Assembly (NCBI RefSeq): GCF_036321535.1
Contig: NC_087436.1
Location: 67,210,001 to 67,274,000, forward strand
Source: Camelus dromedarius
Lineage: Eukaryota
Length of the DNA stretch: 64,000 nucleotides
Direction of reading: 5' to 3'
Position numbers and translations under genes: made by a program. This document shows positions 39,996-51,415 of the stretch, piece after piece; position 1 is the first letter of the stretch, and each line of letters opens with the position of its first letter. The notes beneath the pieces were generated by a model that saw nothing but the letters and a program-made list of their open reading frames with translations, had not been told where the DNA came from and did no database searches.

Positions 39996-40467
39996 TATTT
40001 ATAAATAATTTACATATTTCACTGTATAAGTTTAAGGCATACAGCATAATGGGTTGATTTACATGCATTGTAAAATGATTATATTTCACAATAAGTTTAG
40101 CTAACACTCATCTTCTCATATGAATACAATAAATAGAAAAGAATGGAAAAAAAGGAAAAAAGGAAGAAATTCTCTTTGTGATGAAAACTTATAGGATTTA
40201 CTCTCTTAACAACTTTACTGTATATCATTCAGCATTGTTAGCTATAGTCATCATGCTGTACACTGCATCCCTGATATTTATTTATCTTATAACTGGAAGT
40301 TTGTATCTTTTGTCACCTTTTATCAATTCTCTCTTCCCCTGCCCTCCACGTCTGGTAAGGACAAATCTATCTGACTTACTCCACTTAGCATAATGCCTTC
40401 AAGGTCCATCTACATTATCACAAATGGTAGGGCTTTCTCTTTTTTATGGCTGAATAATATTCCATTG

Positions 40468-40566
40468 ATATATGTATGTATATATATATATAGTGAGAGA
40501 GACATATAGATACATACATAAACATATAGATAGATATAGATATATAGATACATAGATATATATATC
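40468..40566. repeat. (TA/TAGA)n degenerate microsatellite
   Basis: Read directly; lies within L1. Confidence 0.85.
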
Positions 40567-40651
40567 CATTCATCCATTGATAGATAGGTTTTTTCCCATG
40601 TTTTGGCTATTGTAAATAATACTGCTATGAACATGGAGGTGCAGATAACTC

Positions 40652-40710
40652 TTTTTTTTATTGAAGTATAGTCAGTTACAATGTGTCAATTTCTGGTGTA
40701 CCTCATAATG
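40652..40710 (-). mobile_element. Ultra-short young L1 3' tail nested in older L1
   Basis: tttttttattgaagtatagtcagttacaatgtgtcaatttctggtgta matches the end of the L1 at 13315-13360; TSD not clear. Confidence 0.75.
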
Positions 40711-40906
40711 TTTTAAGTTAGTATTTTTGTAATCTTTGGGTATCCCAGAGGTAGAATTGCTGAAACATATGGTAGTTTTATTTATAATTTTTTAAAGATC
40801 TTCCAAACTGTTTTCCATAGTGTCTCTACCAATTTACAGTCCCACCAACAGTGCACAAGGGTTCCCTTTTCTCCATATCCACACCAGCATTTAACTCTTG
40901 GGTTTC

Positions 40907-40924
40907 TTGTTTGTTTGTTTGTTT

Positions 40925-40956
<32 letters not shown>

Positions 40957-40962
40957 GTTGGT
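40907..40962 (+). repeat. (GTTT)n(GTT)n(GGT)n compound repeat
   Basis: Read directly. Confidence 0.9.
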
Positions 40963-41380
40963 AATGATGGGCGAGGTGATTATCTTATTGTGATTTTAAA
41001 TTGGATATCCTTAATGACTAGTAACACTGAGCATTTTTTCATGTACGCATTGGCCTTTTGTGTATCTTCTTTGGGGAAATGTTTATTTGGGGAAATGTCT
41101 ATTCAGTCTTTTCCCCATCTTTTAATTGGGTTTTATGTATATATATTTTTTTTCACTATTGAATTGTATGAATTATTTATATTTCAGATGTTAACCCCTT
41201 TCAGATATATGGTTTGCAAATATTTTTCCTTTTCCTTTTCACCTTGTTCATGGTTTCTTTTGCTGTGCAAAAGCATTTTACCTTGATATAGTCCGACTTG
41301 TGTTTTATTTTGTTGCCTTTAATTTAGAGGTCATATCCAAAAAATCATTACCGAGACCCATGTTAAGGAGCTTTATTCTT

Positions 41381-41478
41381 GTTTTTTTTTTAATATAAAC
41401 ATTTTTTATTGAGTTATAGTCATTTTACAATGTTGTAAAATTCCAGTGTAGAGCACAATTTTTCGGTTATACATGAAG
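41381..41478 (-). mobile_element. 98-bp young L1 3' tail
   Basis: Perfect 14-bp TSD ggagctttattctt (41367-41380 and 41479-41492) at a TT/AAGA site; similar to the L1 end at 47145-47225. Confidence 0.92.
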
Positions 41479-41774
41479 GGAGCTTTATTCTTAAGTTTAT
41501 TCTAAGACTTTCATGGTTTTAAGTTTCATATTTACTTATTTAATTTGTTTTGAGTTCACTTTTGTAAGTGGTATAAGATACAGGTTCAACTTCACTTTTT
41601 TACACGAGTATACAATTATCCCAGCACCATTTATTGAAGAGACTTTTTTCTCCATGGAGTGTTCTTGACTCCCTTGTCAGATATTGGCTACATATACTTG
41701 GTTTTAGTTATGAGCTCTTGATTCTATTCCATTGGTCTATTTGTTTTTGTACCAGTACCATACTCTCTCAAGAC

Positions 41775-42540
41775 CTACTGAACAATATGTTCCACTACAT
41801 GACGAAAGAAAACAAGAAAGTGTAAGTCAGGGTACCTAGGAAAAAAGATTCATCGTGAAAGATGTAAAGGGAATCTTTAGAATGGTGGCGAAGAACTTCC
41901 AGGATGAGAGCTAAGCAGTTGGCCTTCTGTAGTTGGAAGGGCAGAATAAGTGCTTTGAGAATGTTATCTACAAGCATATAAAAGGAACTGATCAAATAGC
42001 TGATGAGTTTAAATATTCTATAAAAAAAGCCTGGGAGAAATTAGTATAACTCTAGTAGCAATTAAGATAAAGACAATTAATAACTCAAGAGAAACAGAAA
42101 TTGTTCAGGAAGGTAAATGCGAGAACAGTACCCTGTAAGGTGGCTATCCACACCTGTTTATATAATCCAAAATTGTGACATTGAGTTTGGGGAACTAGGG
42201 ATTTGAATCTGTGTTGTGATGAGGATGGTGACTGGGGATATGCTTTTGGTTGTGAGAAAAGTATAACAAAATCCTCAGCTTATATTATAGGAAATTAACA
42301 AATAATATCCAAAATTATAGAGGAAAAAAGAGAATAATATTTGTAATTTATACTTAGCATAAGGAGTTGAGTATGAAGGAAAGATAAGTACAGTTAAAGG
42401 TAAAAACTCTTGAAAAAAAGAAGTTAATAGTGGGGAATTTAGGAACAGAAATTGTTGTTTTTGATTAAGCCTTGTAGAATTATTTGACATTTTAAAATAT
42501 GTGCATGCATTGCTTTGATAAAAGTAACAATTTAATTTAA
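41775..42540 (+). mobile_element. Ancient L1 (L1MC4/L1ME-like) 3' UTR
   Basis: Terminal motif tgtagaattatttgacattttaaaatatgtgcatgcattgctttgataaaa. Confidence 0.6.
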
Positions 42541-43025
42541 TTTGATATTAATATTCTGTCATATTTTTGTGATTTTTGAAATCTGGAAAGGTGGCTTCTT
42601 ATTTGTTCTAGTGATCTTGCCTACAAAAACAGGTCTGTCTTGCCTCTTACTATTTAAATATGACTTTTAACACCAATTAAAATCAGGGATGGTGGCAGTT
42701 GGAGTTGTAGTTAAATTCATTTACTATTACTTCAGCATATGTGCCTACATTTGCAACTACTGGAATTAGGTGATACACTTTACTGAGCATTGTAGCTTTT
42801 CAAAATATTCTTCTTGAATTTTATCCTAGTTTATAAATAATGTTACAGCTTTTAAACAGCCAATAATGGTCATTTTGCCATATTTAATATCATTTTGATA
42901 TTTATACTCTATTTCATTTCTTCTTCAAATTCAGAAGTAAAGAAAATCCTAAAATAGTGAGGATTGATGTAACCCAGAATAAAGCTACTGAATTTTCCAG
43001 AAACTTATTACTTAATGAGTTTACT

Positions 43026-43066
43026 CCCCCCCCTTTTTTTTTAAATTGAGTTATAGTCAGTTTATA
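43026..43066 (-). mobile_element. About 40-bp L1 3'-tail insertion
   Basis: C8-T9-aaattgagttatagtcagtttata between g[a/g]gtttact direct repeats (43017-43025 and 43067-43075). Confidence 0.65.
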
Positions 43067-44429
43067 GGGTTTACTTTTAATTTTGTAATGAGTACTATAT
43101 TTAATTTCATGGAGTCTGTTATATTTGTATAGTAGTAATTATTTTTCAAACCAATTCTAACTCTTTAAAGAGGCAGATTTTATGGTAATTTTTTTCTGAT
43201 GTTAGAATTTGGAACAAAGAACAGTAAAGAAAAATCAGATATATTCCTTTGATTTTCTAAAATTTTCAGTACCTGATTATTCCAGAGTTCTTTGCATTAC
43301 TTGCTGTACAAAGTAACATTAAAATAGTAAATCAATGACCTAATGATTTATTAGGCTGCCTAAATTAATACATGCAGTTGAAGGTCTAAATATTACTATT
43401 GGTTAAATTTTGAAGAAAAGCAAGAAATTATTGTGAAGATGTTGGAAACAGGGCTATTCTTGACTCTCCTATTTAGTGATTAAGATTTCTCATTTTGATT
43501 ACCTTGATTCAGGAATTAAGGAAAAGAAGATGATTAATAAATTTGTTCTAAATATCAGAGTCTTCAAAGTAACAACTCTTTCTGTATTCTTGCTGAATAG
43601 ACCATAGATAATTTAGTTTATATTTTTATTAAAACTTTTTCTTACAGAAAATAAATCATTGACACAGTTATAATCAAATGTTCATTTCTAAGCATTAGTT
43701 TATCAATGGAACAAAATTCTTATTTCCACTATGACAATCTTAAAGGATATGAATCTGAGTAGTACAAGGTCCCTCTTTTCTAATCAGCAGTTGGGGAGGA
43801 ACAAAATGAAGATACTGAATATTGGTCAGCAGCGTGTGATTGCTATGACACATATTGTACAGCTAAGGGAGGCATTTTTAGGCTTAACTTAATGCAGTAG
43901 ATTTCTCCCTAAGAAAAACATTTTGGTAGGGATCCAGCATAATCACATCATGGTATAGGAAACTGCAAAATAATATCTATGATCAGTAACACATATCTTA
44001 AAGGAGAAGAGTAGAAAGTAAGAGCTTCCTTCCCCTGAGAGACCTAGAAGGGATGATTGCTAACACTACTATTTCCTATTCTTTTTAAATAACAACTGGT
44101 CAGTTCAAGCTTGAATGGATGGTTTGAGAACTGAAGTACATTTTTGTTCTTTTTCCTTTGATTGTTCTAGTTAGCTCAGAGACTCACTGCCACGTTTCTT
44201 CATATCATGACACTTGAGTAGCTCAGTCTTTGAAAATTTGGTCATTGCTAATGCATTGTATTTCTTAAATGAGTATGAGAGAATTGGAAAAAGACTGAAC
44301 TTTGATTATAATTGAGCTGTCGATTTGTAACAAATTAGGGTCTAAAAATTCTGGAACTCAGAATAGTTCAGTGTGAGAACATTTGGATTACATATTGGCA
44401 AACAATTGTTTAGTTTTAGTAAAGATCAC

Positions 44430-45260
44430 TAATACTGTCAGGAATCCCAAACTCTTAAGAGTGAACCAAGGACAAAAATAAGATCTGGGGGCTGATGATC
44501 ATAAAATTAAGGTGCTGCCCTTTCCAAAATAAATTACAGCACCTGTGTGTGTCAATGGCTGAGAAATCAATACTTGTTAGCATTCTCAGTGGGAAACAAG
44601 GCTTTGCCACTATTCATCTGTGAACACATATTGTACAATCATCAGTCATGGGACTGCATCCTAATATATGTATGTGGGAGGTTCAACTCTGTATCAAAAT
44701 TTTTGAATTAGTCCCAGCATGACATAAAGCAATCCTGCAATTTTGGTGTAAGAAGCAAATAAATGCAGGTAGGATAAACATTATTGGAGGAAAAAACTAT
44801 GTATCGCTTCTCTCTAATGATGCGAAAAACAACATCCAACATTTTAATTACGCTCTGCACTTTCCTATCATTATGTTTCCTTTTAAGATCCATTGGATAG
44901 TGTGGATGAGTACCTGCAACTGCAGAGACGTTCCAATCCTCACAGCTGTCAGTAAAGCCTACACTAATGTGTCCTGAAAGAGTGATTAATAGGTTTTGAC
45001 AATATCATCGCATTGCATATTTAATCAGATTATACATCTGTTAGAAATGGTTTGCTTCTAACATCTGCAGTCAAAATCCACAATCGGTATTCAGATCATC
45101 GCTTTAGCAGAAGCATGAAACTACTTTGTCAGTCTTACTGTTGACAAGCTAAACTGCATGCCAGAAACAGATGAATCGTGACATTTGCTTGATTCCTGTA
45201 ATGAGTTTTTTAAAAATTTCCTAGAAATTTGTCTGTGCCTAAGTTAATGTTCGTTAACAA
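44430..45260. promoter_or_regulatory. Putative conserved non-coding element or enhancer
   Basis: No recognisable repeat; 9 CpGs in 44800-45255; clustered TGACA/TGTCA, TAAT, E-box and ACAAT motifs. Conservation is inferred, not tested. Confidence 0.4.
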
Positions 45261-45689
45261 GAAAGGAGATGAATATATATAATTGTAAGTTATACTCTCA
45301 AGAAGGAGATGTACAGTGGCTTGATGCCATCCTAAAGTTGATACTTCTTGGTTATAGTTTCAAAAAAATATTTCAAATGATAATGCTAGTCTAAAGAGAT
45401 AGATATTATGAGATAGATTTTCAGGTTACAAAATCCAATCTGGCAACTTGTATTTCCATGTTTTTAGGTATTATATAAAATGTTGAAGGGAGAAATGTAT
45501 TCAGAGTCGCAAAACTAAGATTTAGAATCATGCCCTATTTTCTTCTCACTATTTATTCATTTCCCATATGTAGTTGGAAAACATTCCTTTTAAGCAAGAC
45601 ACCATTTTAACACTAGTCTTTTTCATCTAAATCCCAACAGAAACCTTGCCATGAAAAAATGTGCTCCTCTATCTTTCCTACTCCTGTCT

Positions 45690-46000
45690 CCAGCATTCCA
45701 TCAACAGCCAAGTCACATATGCTTTTTCTATGTTGTTATTAACATTCAAAACCTGCTTTGAATTGACCAGTGTAATAAAACTTCTCTTGCCAAGGTTATC
45801 AATGACACCTAGTTACAAACCCAAGTGATCGCTCCCTAGGCCTTGTTTTACTTAGTCTCTGTATGATATAGCAATGCTACTTACTCAATTATTGAAAACA
45901 TTTTTCTTTTTTTCTCTCTATGATCTAGACATACCTCCTTTACTTTCAGATTCTCTGATACTTTCTTCTTGGTTTGTTCTGCATCATCTTTTCTTAAATA
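45690..46000 (+). mobile_element. L2 fragment
   Basis: aaacttctcttgccaaggttatcaatgacacctagttacaaaccca...ccttgttttacttagtctctg. Confidence 0.7.
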
Positions 46001-46659
46001 TGATATTCCAAGTACTTTCACTGATCATTTCTACTATGAATAAAGCTGCCATAAACATGTTTCTACAGTTTCATAAGAACATGTTACTTTGGATGGACAA
46101 ATGGAACTAAAGGATAGAAACTGATAGGTTCATGGTAATTGAATATATATTTTTAATTTTAAGAAACAATCAAACTGTTTTTTAAAAAATGTACAATTTT
46201 ACTTTCCCACCAGTAAAATGCATTAGATACCCTGTAACTCCAGTCTCCCCAAAATTAGTATTTTCAGATTTTAAAATTTTAATTTCAGTCTTTCTAGTTG
46301 GTGTGTAATAGTAACTGATAGCTCATTTTTTCTTTTCTAATATAAATATTTTAAGCTATAATTTTCTCTTTAAGTACCACTTTAATAAAAATTTGAATTA
46401 GTTTTAATTTTTATTCAAATGTTTATTCAAATTAAATTTTATTCAAATTCATAAAATTCATACATTAAAGTTCATTTTGGGTGCTGTACATTCTGTTGCT
46501 TTAGACAAACATATAATTACATGTAGCTGTCATTATAGTATCATGCGGAGTTTTTCACTACTCTAAATACTCTGTCCTCCAGCTATTCATCTCTCTCTCT
46601 CTCCTTTTCCTGGTAACCATAAGTTTGTTTTTCTCAATTTTGCTGTGAATCGAAAACTT

Positions 46660-47133
46660 ACCATTCGTATGTGTTCACTGGAGTATTGCCTATTTAGGTC
46701 TTCTCCCCATTTTTGGATTAGGTGTTTGTTGTTGTTATTAAGCTGTATGAGCTGTTTATATATTTTGGAGATTAAGCCCTTGTCAGTCTCATCTTTTGCA
46801 AATACTTTCTCCCATTCTGTAGGTTGTCTTTTTGTTTTGCTTATGGTTTACTTTGCTGTGCAAAAGCTTATAAGTTTAATTAGGTTCTGTTTGTTATTTT
46901 TGCTTTTATTTCTATTGCTTGGGTAGATTGCCCTAGGAGAACATTGCTGAGATTTATGTCGGATAATGTTTTGCCTATGGTTTCTTTTAAGAGGTTTATA
47001 GTATCTTGTCTTATGTTTAAGTCTTTAAGCCATTTTGAGTTTATTTTTGTGTATGGTGTGAGGGAATGTTCTAACTTCATTGATTTACATGCACCTGTCC
47101 AGTTTTCCCAACACCATTTGCTGAAGAGACTGT
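46660..47133 (-). mobile_element. Lineage-specific L1 ORF2 fragment (host of the 47134 insertion; continues 48711-48730)
   Basis: Highly similar to the reverse complement of 19747-20200; encodes [30 protein letters not shown]. Confidence 0.9.
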
Positions 47134-48710
47134 TTTTTTTTTTAACATTTTTTATTGATTTATAATCATTTTACAATGTTGTGTCAAATTCCAGTGTTCA
47201 GCACAATTTTTCAGTCATACATGGACATATACACACTCATTGTCACATTTTTTTTCCCTGTGAGCTACCATAACATTTTGTGTATATTTCCCTGTGCTAT
47301 ACAGTGTGATCTTGTTTATCTGTTCTACAATTTTGAAATCCCAGTCTATCCCTTCCCGCCCTCCGCCCCCCTGGCAACCACAAGTCTGTATTCTCTGTCT
47401 ATGAGTCTATTTCTGTCCTGTATTTACGCTTTGTTCTTGTTTGTTTGTTTGTTTTTGTTTTTGATTTTTAGATTCCACATATGAGCAATCTCATATGGTA
47501 TTTTTCTTTCTCTTTCTGGCTTACTTCACTTAGAATGACATTCTCCAGGAGCATCCATGTTGCTGCAAATGGCATTATGTTGTCGGTTTTTATGGCTGAG
47601 TAGTATTCCATTGTATAAATATACCACTTCTTCTTTATCCAATCACCTGTTGATGGACATAGGCTGTGTCCATGTTTTGGCTATTGTAAATAGTGCTGCT
47701 ATGAACCTTGGGGTGCAGGTGTCATCCTGAAGTAGGGTTCCTTCTGGATACAAGCCCAGGAGTGGGATTCCTGGGTCATATGGTAAGTCTATTCCTAGTC
47801 TTTTGAGGAATCTCCACACTGTTTTCCATAGTGGCTGCACCAAACTGCATTCCCACCAGCAGTGTAGGAGGGTTCCCCTTTCTCCAGAGCCTCTCCAGCA
47901 TTTGTCATTTGTGTATTTTTGAATGACGGCCATTCTGGCTGGTGTGAGGTGATACCTCATTGTAGTTTTGATTTGCATTTCTCTGATAATTAGTGATATT
48001 GAGCATTTTTTCATGTGCCTTTTGATCATTTGTATGTCTTCCTTGGAGAATTACTTGTTTAGGTCTTCTGGCCGTTTTTGGATTGGGTTGTTTATTTTTT
48101 TCTTATTGAGTCATATGAGCTGCTTATATATTCTGAGATCAAGCCTTTGTTGGTTTCATTTGCAAAAATTTTCTCCCATTCCGTAGGTTGTCTTCTTGTT
48201 TTACTTATGGTTTCCTTTGCTGTGCAGTAGCTTGTAAGTTTCATTAGGTCCCATTTGTTTATTCTTGCTTTTATTTCTTCTAGGAGAAAATTTTTGAAAT
48301 GTATGTCAGATAATGTTTTGCCTATGTTTTCCTCTGGGAGGTTTATTGTATCTTGTCTTATGTTTAAGTCTTTGATCCATTTTGAGTTGATTTTTGTATA
48401 TGGTGTAAGGGAGTGTTCTAGCTTCATTGTTTTACATGCTGCTGTCCAGTTTTCCCAACACCATTTGCTCATGAGACTGTCTTTATTCCATTGTATATTC
48501 TTGCCTCCTTTGTTGAAGATTAGTTGACCAAAAGTTTGTGGGTTAATTTCTGGGCTCTCTATTCTGTTCCATTGGTTTATATGTCTGTTTTTGTACCAAT
48601 ACCATGCTGTCTTGATGACTGTAGCTCTATAGTATTGTCTGAAGTCTGGGAGAGTTATTCCTCCAGGCTCTTTCTTTCTCTTCAGTAATGCTTTGGCAAT
48701 TCTAGGTCTG
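47134..48710 (-). mobile_element. Young 5'-truncated L1 (about 1.58 kb)
   Basis: Poly(T), 3' UTR and ORF2 C-terminus; TSD gaagagactgt at 47123-47133 and 48711-48721. Confidence 0.95.
47520..48707 (-). pseudogene. L1 ORF2p C-terminal region, frameshifted
   Basis: Track ORFs 48092-48736 ([23 protein letters not shown]...) and 47643-48029 (Cys-rich [18 protein letters not shown]) are in different frames. Confidence 0.9.
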
Positions 48711-50699
48711 GAAGAGACTGTCTTTACTCTCTTCATATAAGGTTTTTAAAGAACATTTTTAGAATATCTTTTCCTGTAGTTCTGGTTAACCCCACACCTA
48801 AGGTTTGACATCCTGGCAGTCTTCACTGAAGGCTTGAGTATTCCACAAGATCATTCCACTCTAGCTTGTTATTAGCCAAACATCTCCCAGTCCTGAGTGA
48901 GTACTGGGATTTGTCCAGCTTACAGTTTCTTAGTTTCTATTTTTTTGCCTCATGAAGTTTCACCCTATTCATGTGGATAAATGGGACTTTATCGACTTTT
49001 CTCTGCTCACCAATTTAATATTCTGCCCCACAAGTTAATCCACTTCTTTATCAAATCCTTATCTCTGTTGCTTCAAGTCCGTAAGACCAGTCCTCTCTGC
49101 TTGAGATACCTTTCCTTGCACCAGAATTGGGAATATAAATCAGAAATTAATGTAAGTTGGAAAGCTAGAAAATTAAAGAGTTCATATAATTTGTTTCTCC
49201 TCAGCTATCTAATAACTGAAAACCACTAGCTTACATATTTTGTATAGTTTTCTATTTTTTTCTAATTGAAAGTTAAATCAGTTCTCATTTAATCCATTGT
49301 GGCTATAGGCAGAATTTTATTTCATTGTGTTTTTATTTACATTTCCTTTATTAGTTAAACAATTGCACTCTTTATATTTATTGGTTACTTGGGTATACTT
49401 TATTTGAAAGTTCCTATTCCTAGTCTTGTTTATTGTTAAGGGATGTCTGTCTTAAGAAAAAATGTGTATAATCTTATCTGTTGATATGTGTAAGAGCTCT
49501 GCTCTTTTTTGTTGTTATTGTTGACACATTGGTTTTGCTTTCATGTGTTGCTGTTTGCTGGAAAGAGATGCTTACTTTTAATGTAGTACAGTTTACATTA
49601 AGAATTTTATTTCTTTTGTGCTTTAGTTCTTATTTTAAGAAATTATGTTCTGCAACAGGATAATCATGGAGTCATCCTATATAATCTTCTCAAAGTATTA
49701 CTGCTTTGCTATTTGCATTCAGATCAGCAGTCCACCTGGAATTCATTTTTATGAATATTGTGGTTCAGTAAGATCATGAGTATTTCCATATCCTTCCACT
49801 GGCACCATTAATTAGGAAGACCAGTGCTTTGAAGTGCTAACTTTGCTATAAACAAAGGATCCGTAAGTGTTCAGACTTGTTTCTGGGCATTCTATTTTGA
49901 TCCAAGGATTCCTCTGTCTATCATTCTATGAAAACCATACACTCTTATTACTACAATTTTGATAACTGGTAATGCGAGACCTCCCACATTGTCTTTTTTA
50001 AATGTTATTTTACCAAGCTATATTTGACTCTATCTTTCCATATATAGTTTATAATTCTTAATTATATATAAAATAATATTTTGATTAAGATTATATTGAC
50101 TATATAGACTAATAGATTTTTAAGAGAATATATATAACATATACATATACATATATGTATTTAGTTATTAAGTTTTACTGCTCCAGTAATTTGAGAACTC
50201 ATATAACATATAGTCTCCTATAACACATACATATAACATAGAATCTCATATAACATATACATAACATATACATACACATACACATATTTAATTATTGAGC
50301 TTTCCAATCCATGGACCCATTTTACTGCTCCAGTAATTTGGGAACTCTTTAAATTCTCTCAGTATCTATTTGGTAGATATATTTCCAGAGAGTTTACATT
50401 TATGAGTTGCTCTTGGAAAAACATAAGATGAGCTATGTAAAGCCTACAGGAAATAGTTGCGACCAGTGTTTCCTAGTTAATGTTTGAGAGTCAGTGTTGA
50501 GTAGCACATTGTTCTTCAAACTGTGCTTCTAGGAGCTTCCTTTGAAGGGAGAGGGAAGTAATTTGTTGAAATGTCATTGTGAGTCTCCCTTTTTTTGCTG
50601 CAGTTAGGGCCATCTTGATTTTATTAGAGCAGTCTTTCAAACCTCAGCCTCCACATAAGTCTTCTGAAATAAGACTATGTTTAAAATCCTCAGTAGCAT

Positions 50700-50920
50700 A
50701 AACTTTATTAGCTTTGCAGTATAGTGAGCCTAAATTTGAGTTCCAGTTCTTTTATTTATGAGTATTGTGGTGTTGAGCCATGTAGTTCCCCCTTTTAAAC
50801 TTTAGTTTGCTCATATATGAGATGGAGAGAATAAAAATTACCTACTTACAAGTGTATTATAAGTTTTAAATATGAAAGTATATAGCATATGGTAGACATT
50901 CAGTGTGAATGGTAGCAACT
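50700..50920 (+). mobile_element. MIR SINE
   Basis: gcctaaatttgagttccagttct...tttagtttgctcatatatgagatggagagaataa...tatggtagacattcagt. Confidence 0.7.
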
Positions 50921-50999
50921 TAATTTTTATGATAGGGTATAAATAGAGAACTCTAGAAATCACCTATTGTAACATATTCACTCTGTAGCTGAAAGACTG

Positions 51000-51415
51000 G
51001 AATTCATTCATACACTTATTCACCAAATATTAATGGGTTACTTGCTACATGCTAATGGGGATAAAGAGTGACAGACAGTGAAAATGCTATTAAAGAAATG
51101 GTGCTCAGGGAAAAGCTTTAAAAGAAAGAAATATATTAGCACTGACTCCAGTGAAATGATACAGTGAGTCATGCAAATGTCTGAACAAAGATTGGAGAAA
51201 GAAGAAACAATATGTGAAAATACCCTGGGGAAAAAATAGCTGGATAGGTAAGAGAGCAGTGAGCCAACAGTGGAGTAAGCTATGCCAAGTGGAGATTGGT
51301 ATGAAATGAATTTAGAGACATAAGCTGTGGCCATATACTGAAAGTGGTATAGGTTATATAGGGAAAACCCCTGGAGAGCTTTCAGCAAGGAAGTGAAATA
51401 ATTTGTAGATGTTTT
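51000..51415 (-). mobile_element. L2 3' region
   Basis: ttcattcatacacttattcaccaaatattaatgggttacttgc...ctggagagctttcagcaaggaagtga. Confidence 0.7.

Larger units (their letters stand above)
39996..41770 (-). mobile_element. Intermediate-age L1 3' portion with nested short L1 tails and STRs
   Basis: Second L1 3' end (tttcactgtataagtttaaggcatacagcataat; aggatttactctcttaacaacttt) continuing into antisense ORF2 to about 41765. Confidence 0.85.
46010..50350 (-). mobile_element. Ancient L1ME-like element (46010-46320 and 49315-50350) split by nested L1 insertions
   Basis: Antisense ORF2 stops at ggtgtgtaatagtaac (about 46315) and resumes collinearly at ttcattgtgtttttatttacatttcc (about 49320). Confidence 0.6.

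Noticed and set aside
48092..48736. 214-aa ORF as a functional CDS
   Set aside because: It is a 5'-truncated, frameshifted L1 ORF2 with no promoter, and the start codon comes from flanking DNA.
50173..50347. 28-bp direct repeats resembling a CRISPR repeat-spacer unit
   Set aside because: There are only two copies, the intervening DNA is low-complexity, the context is mammalian and there are no cas genes.
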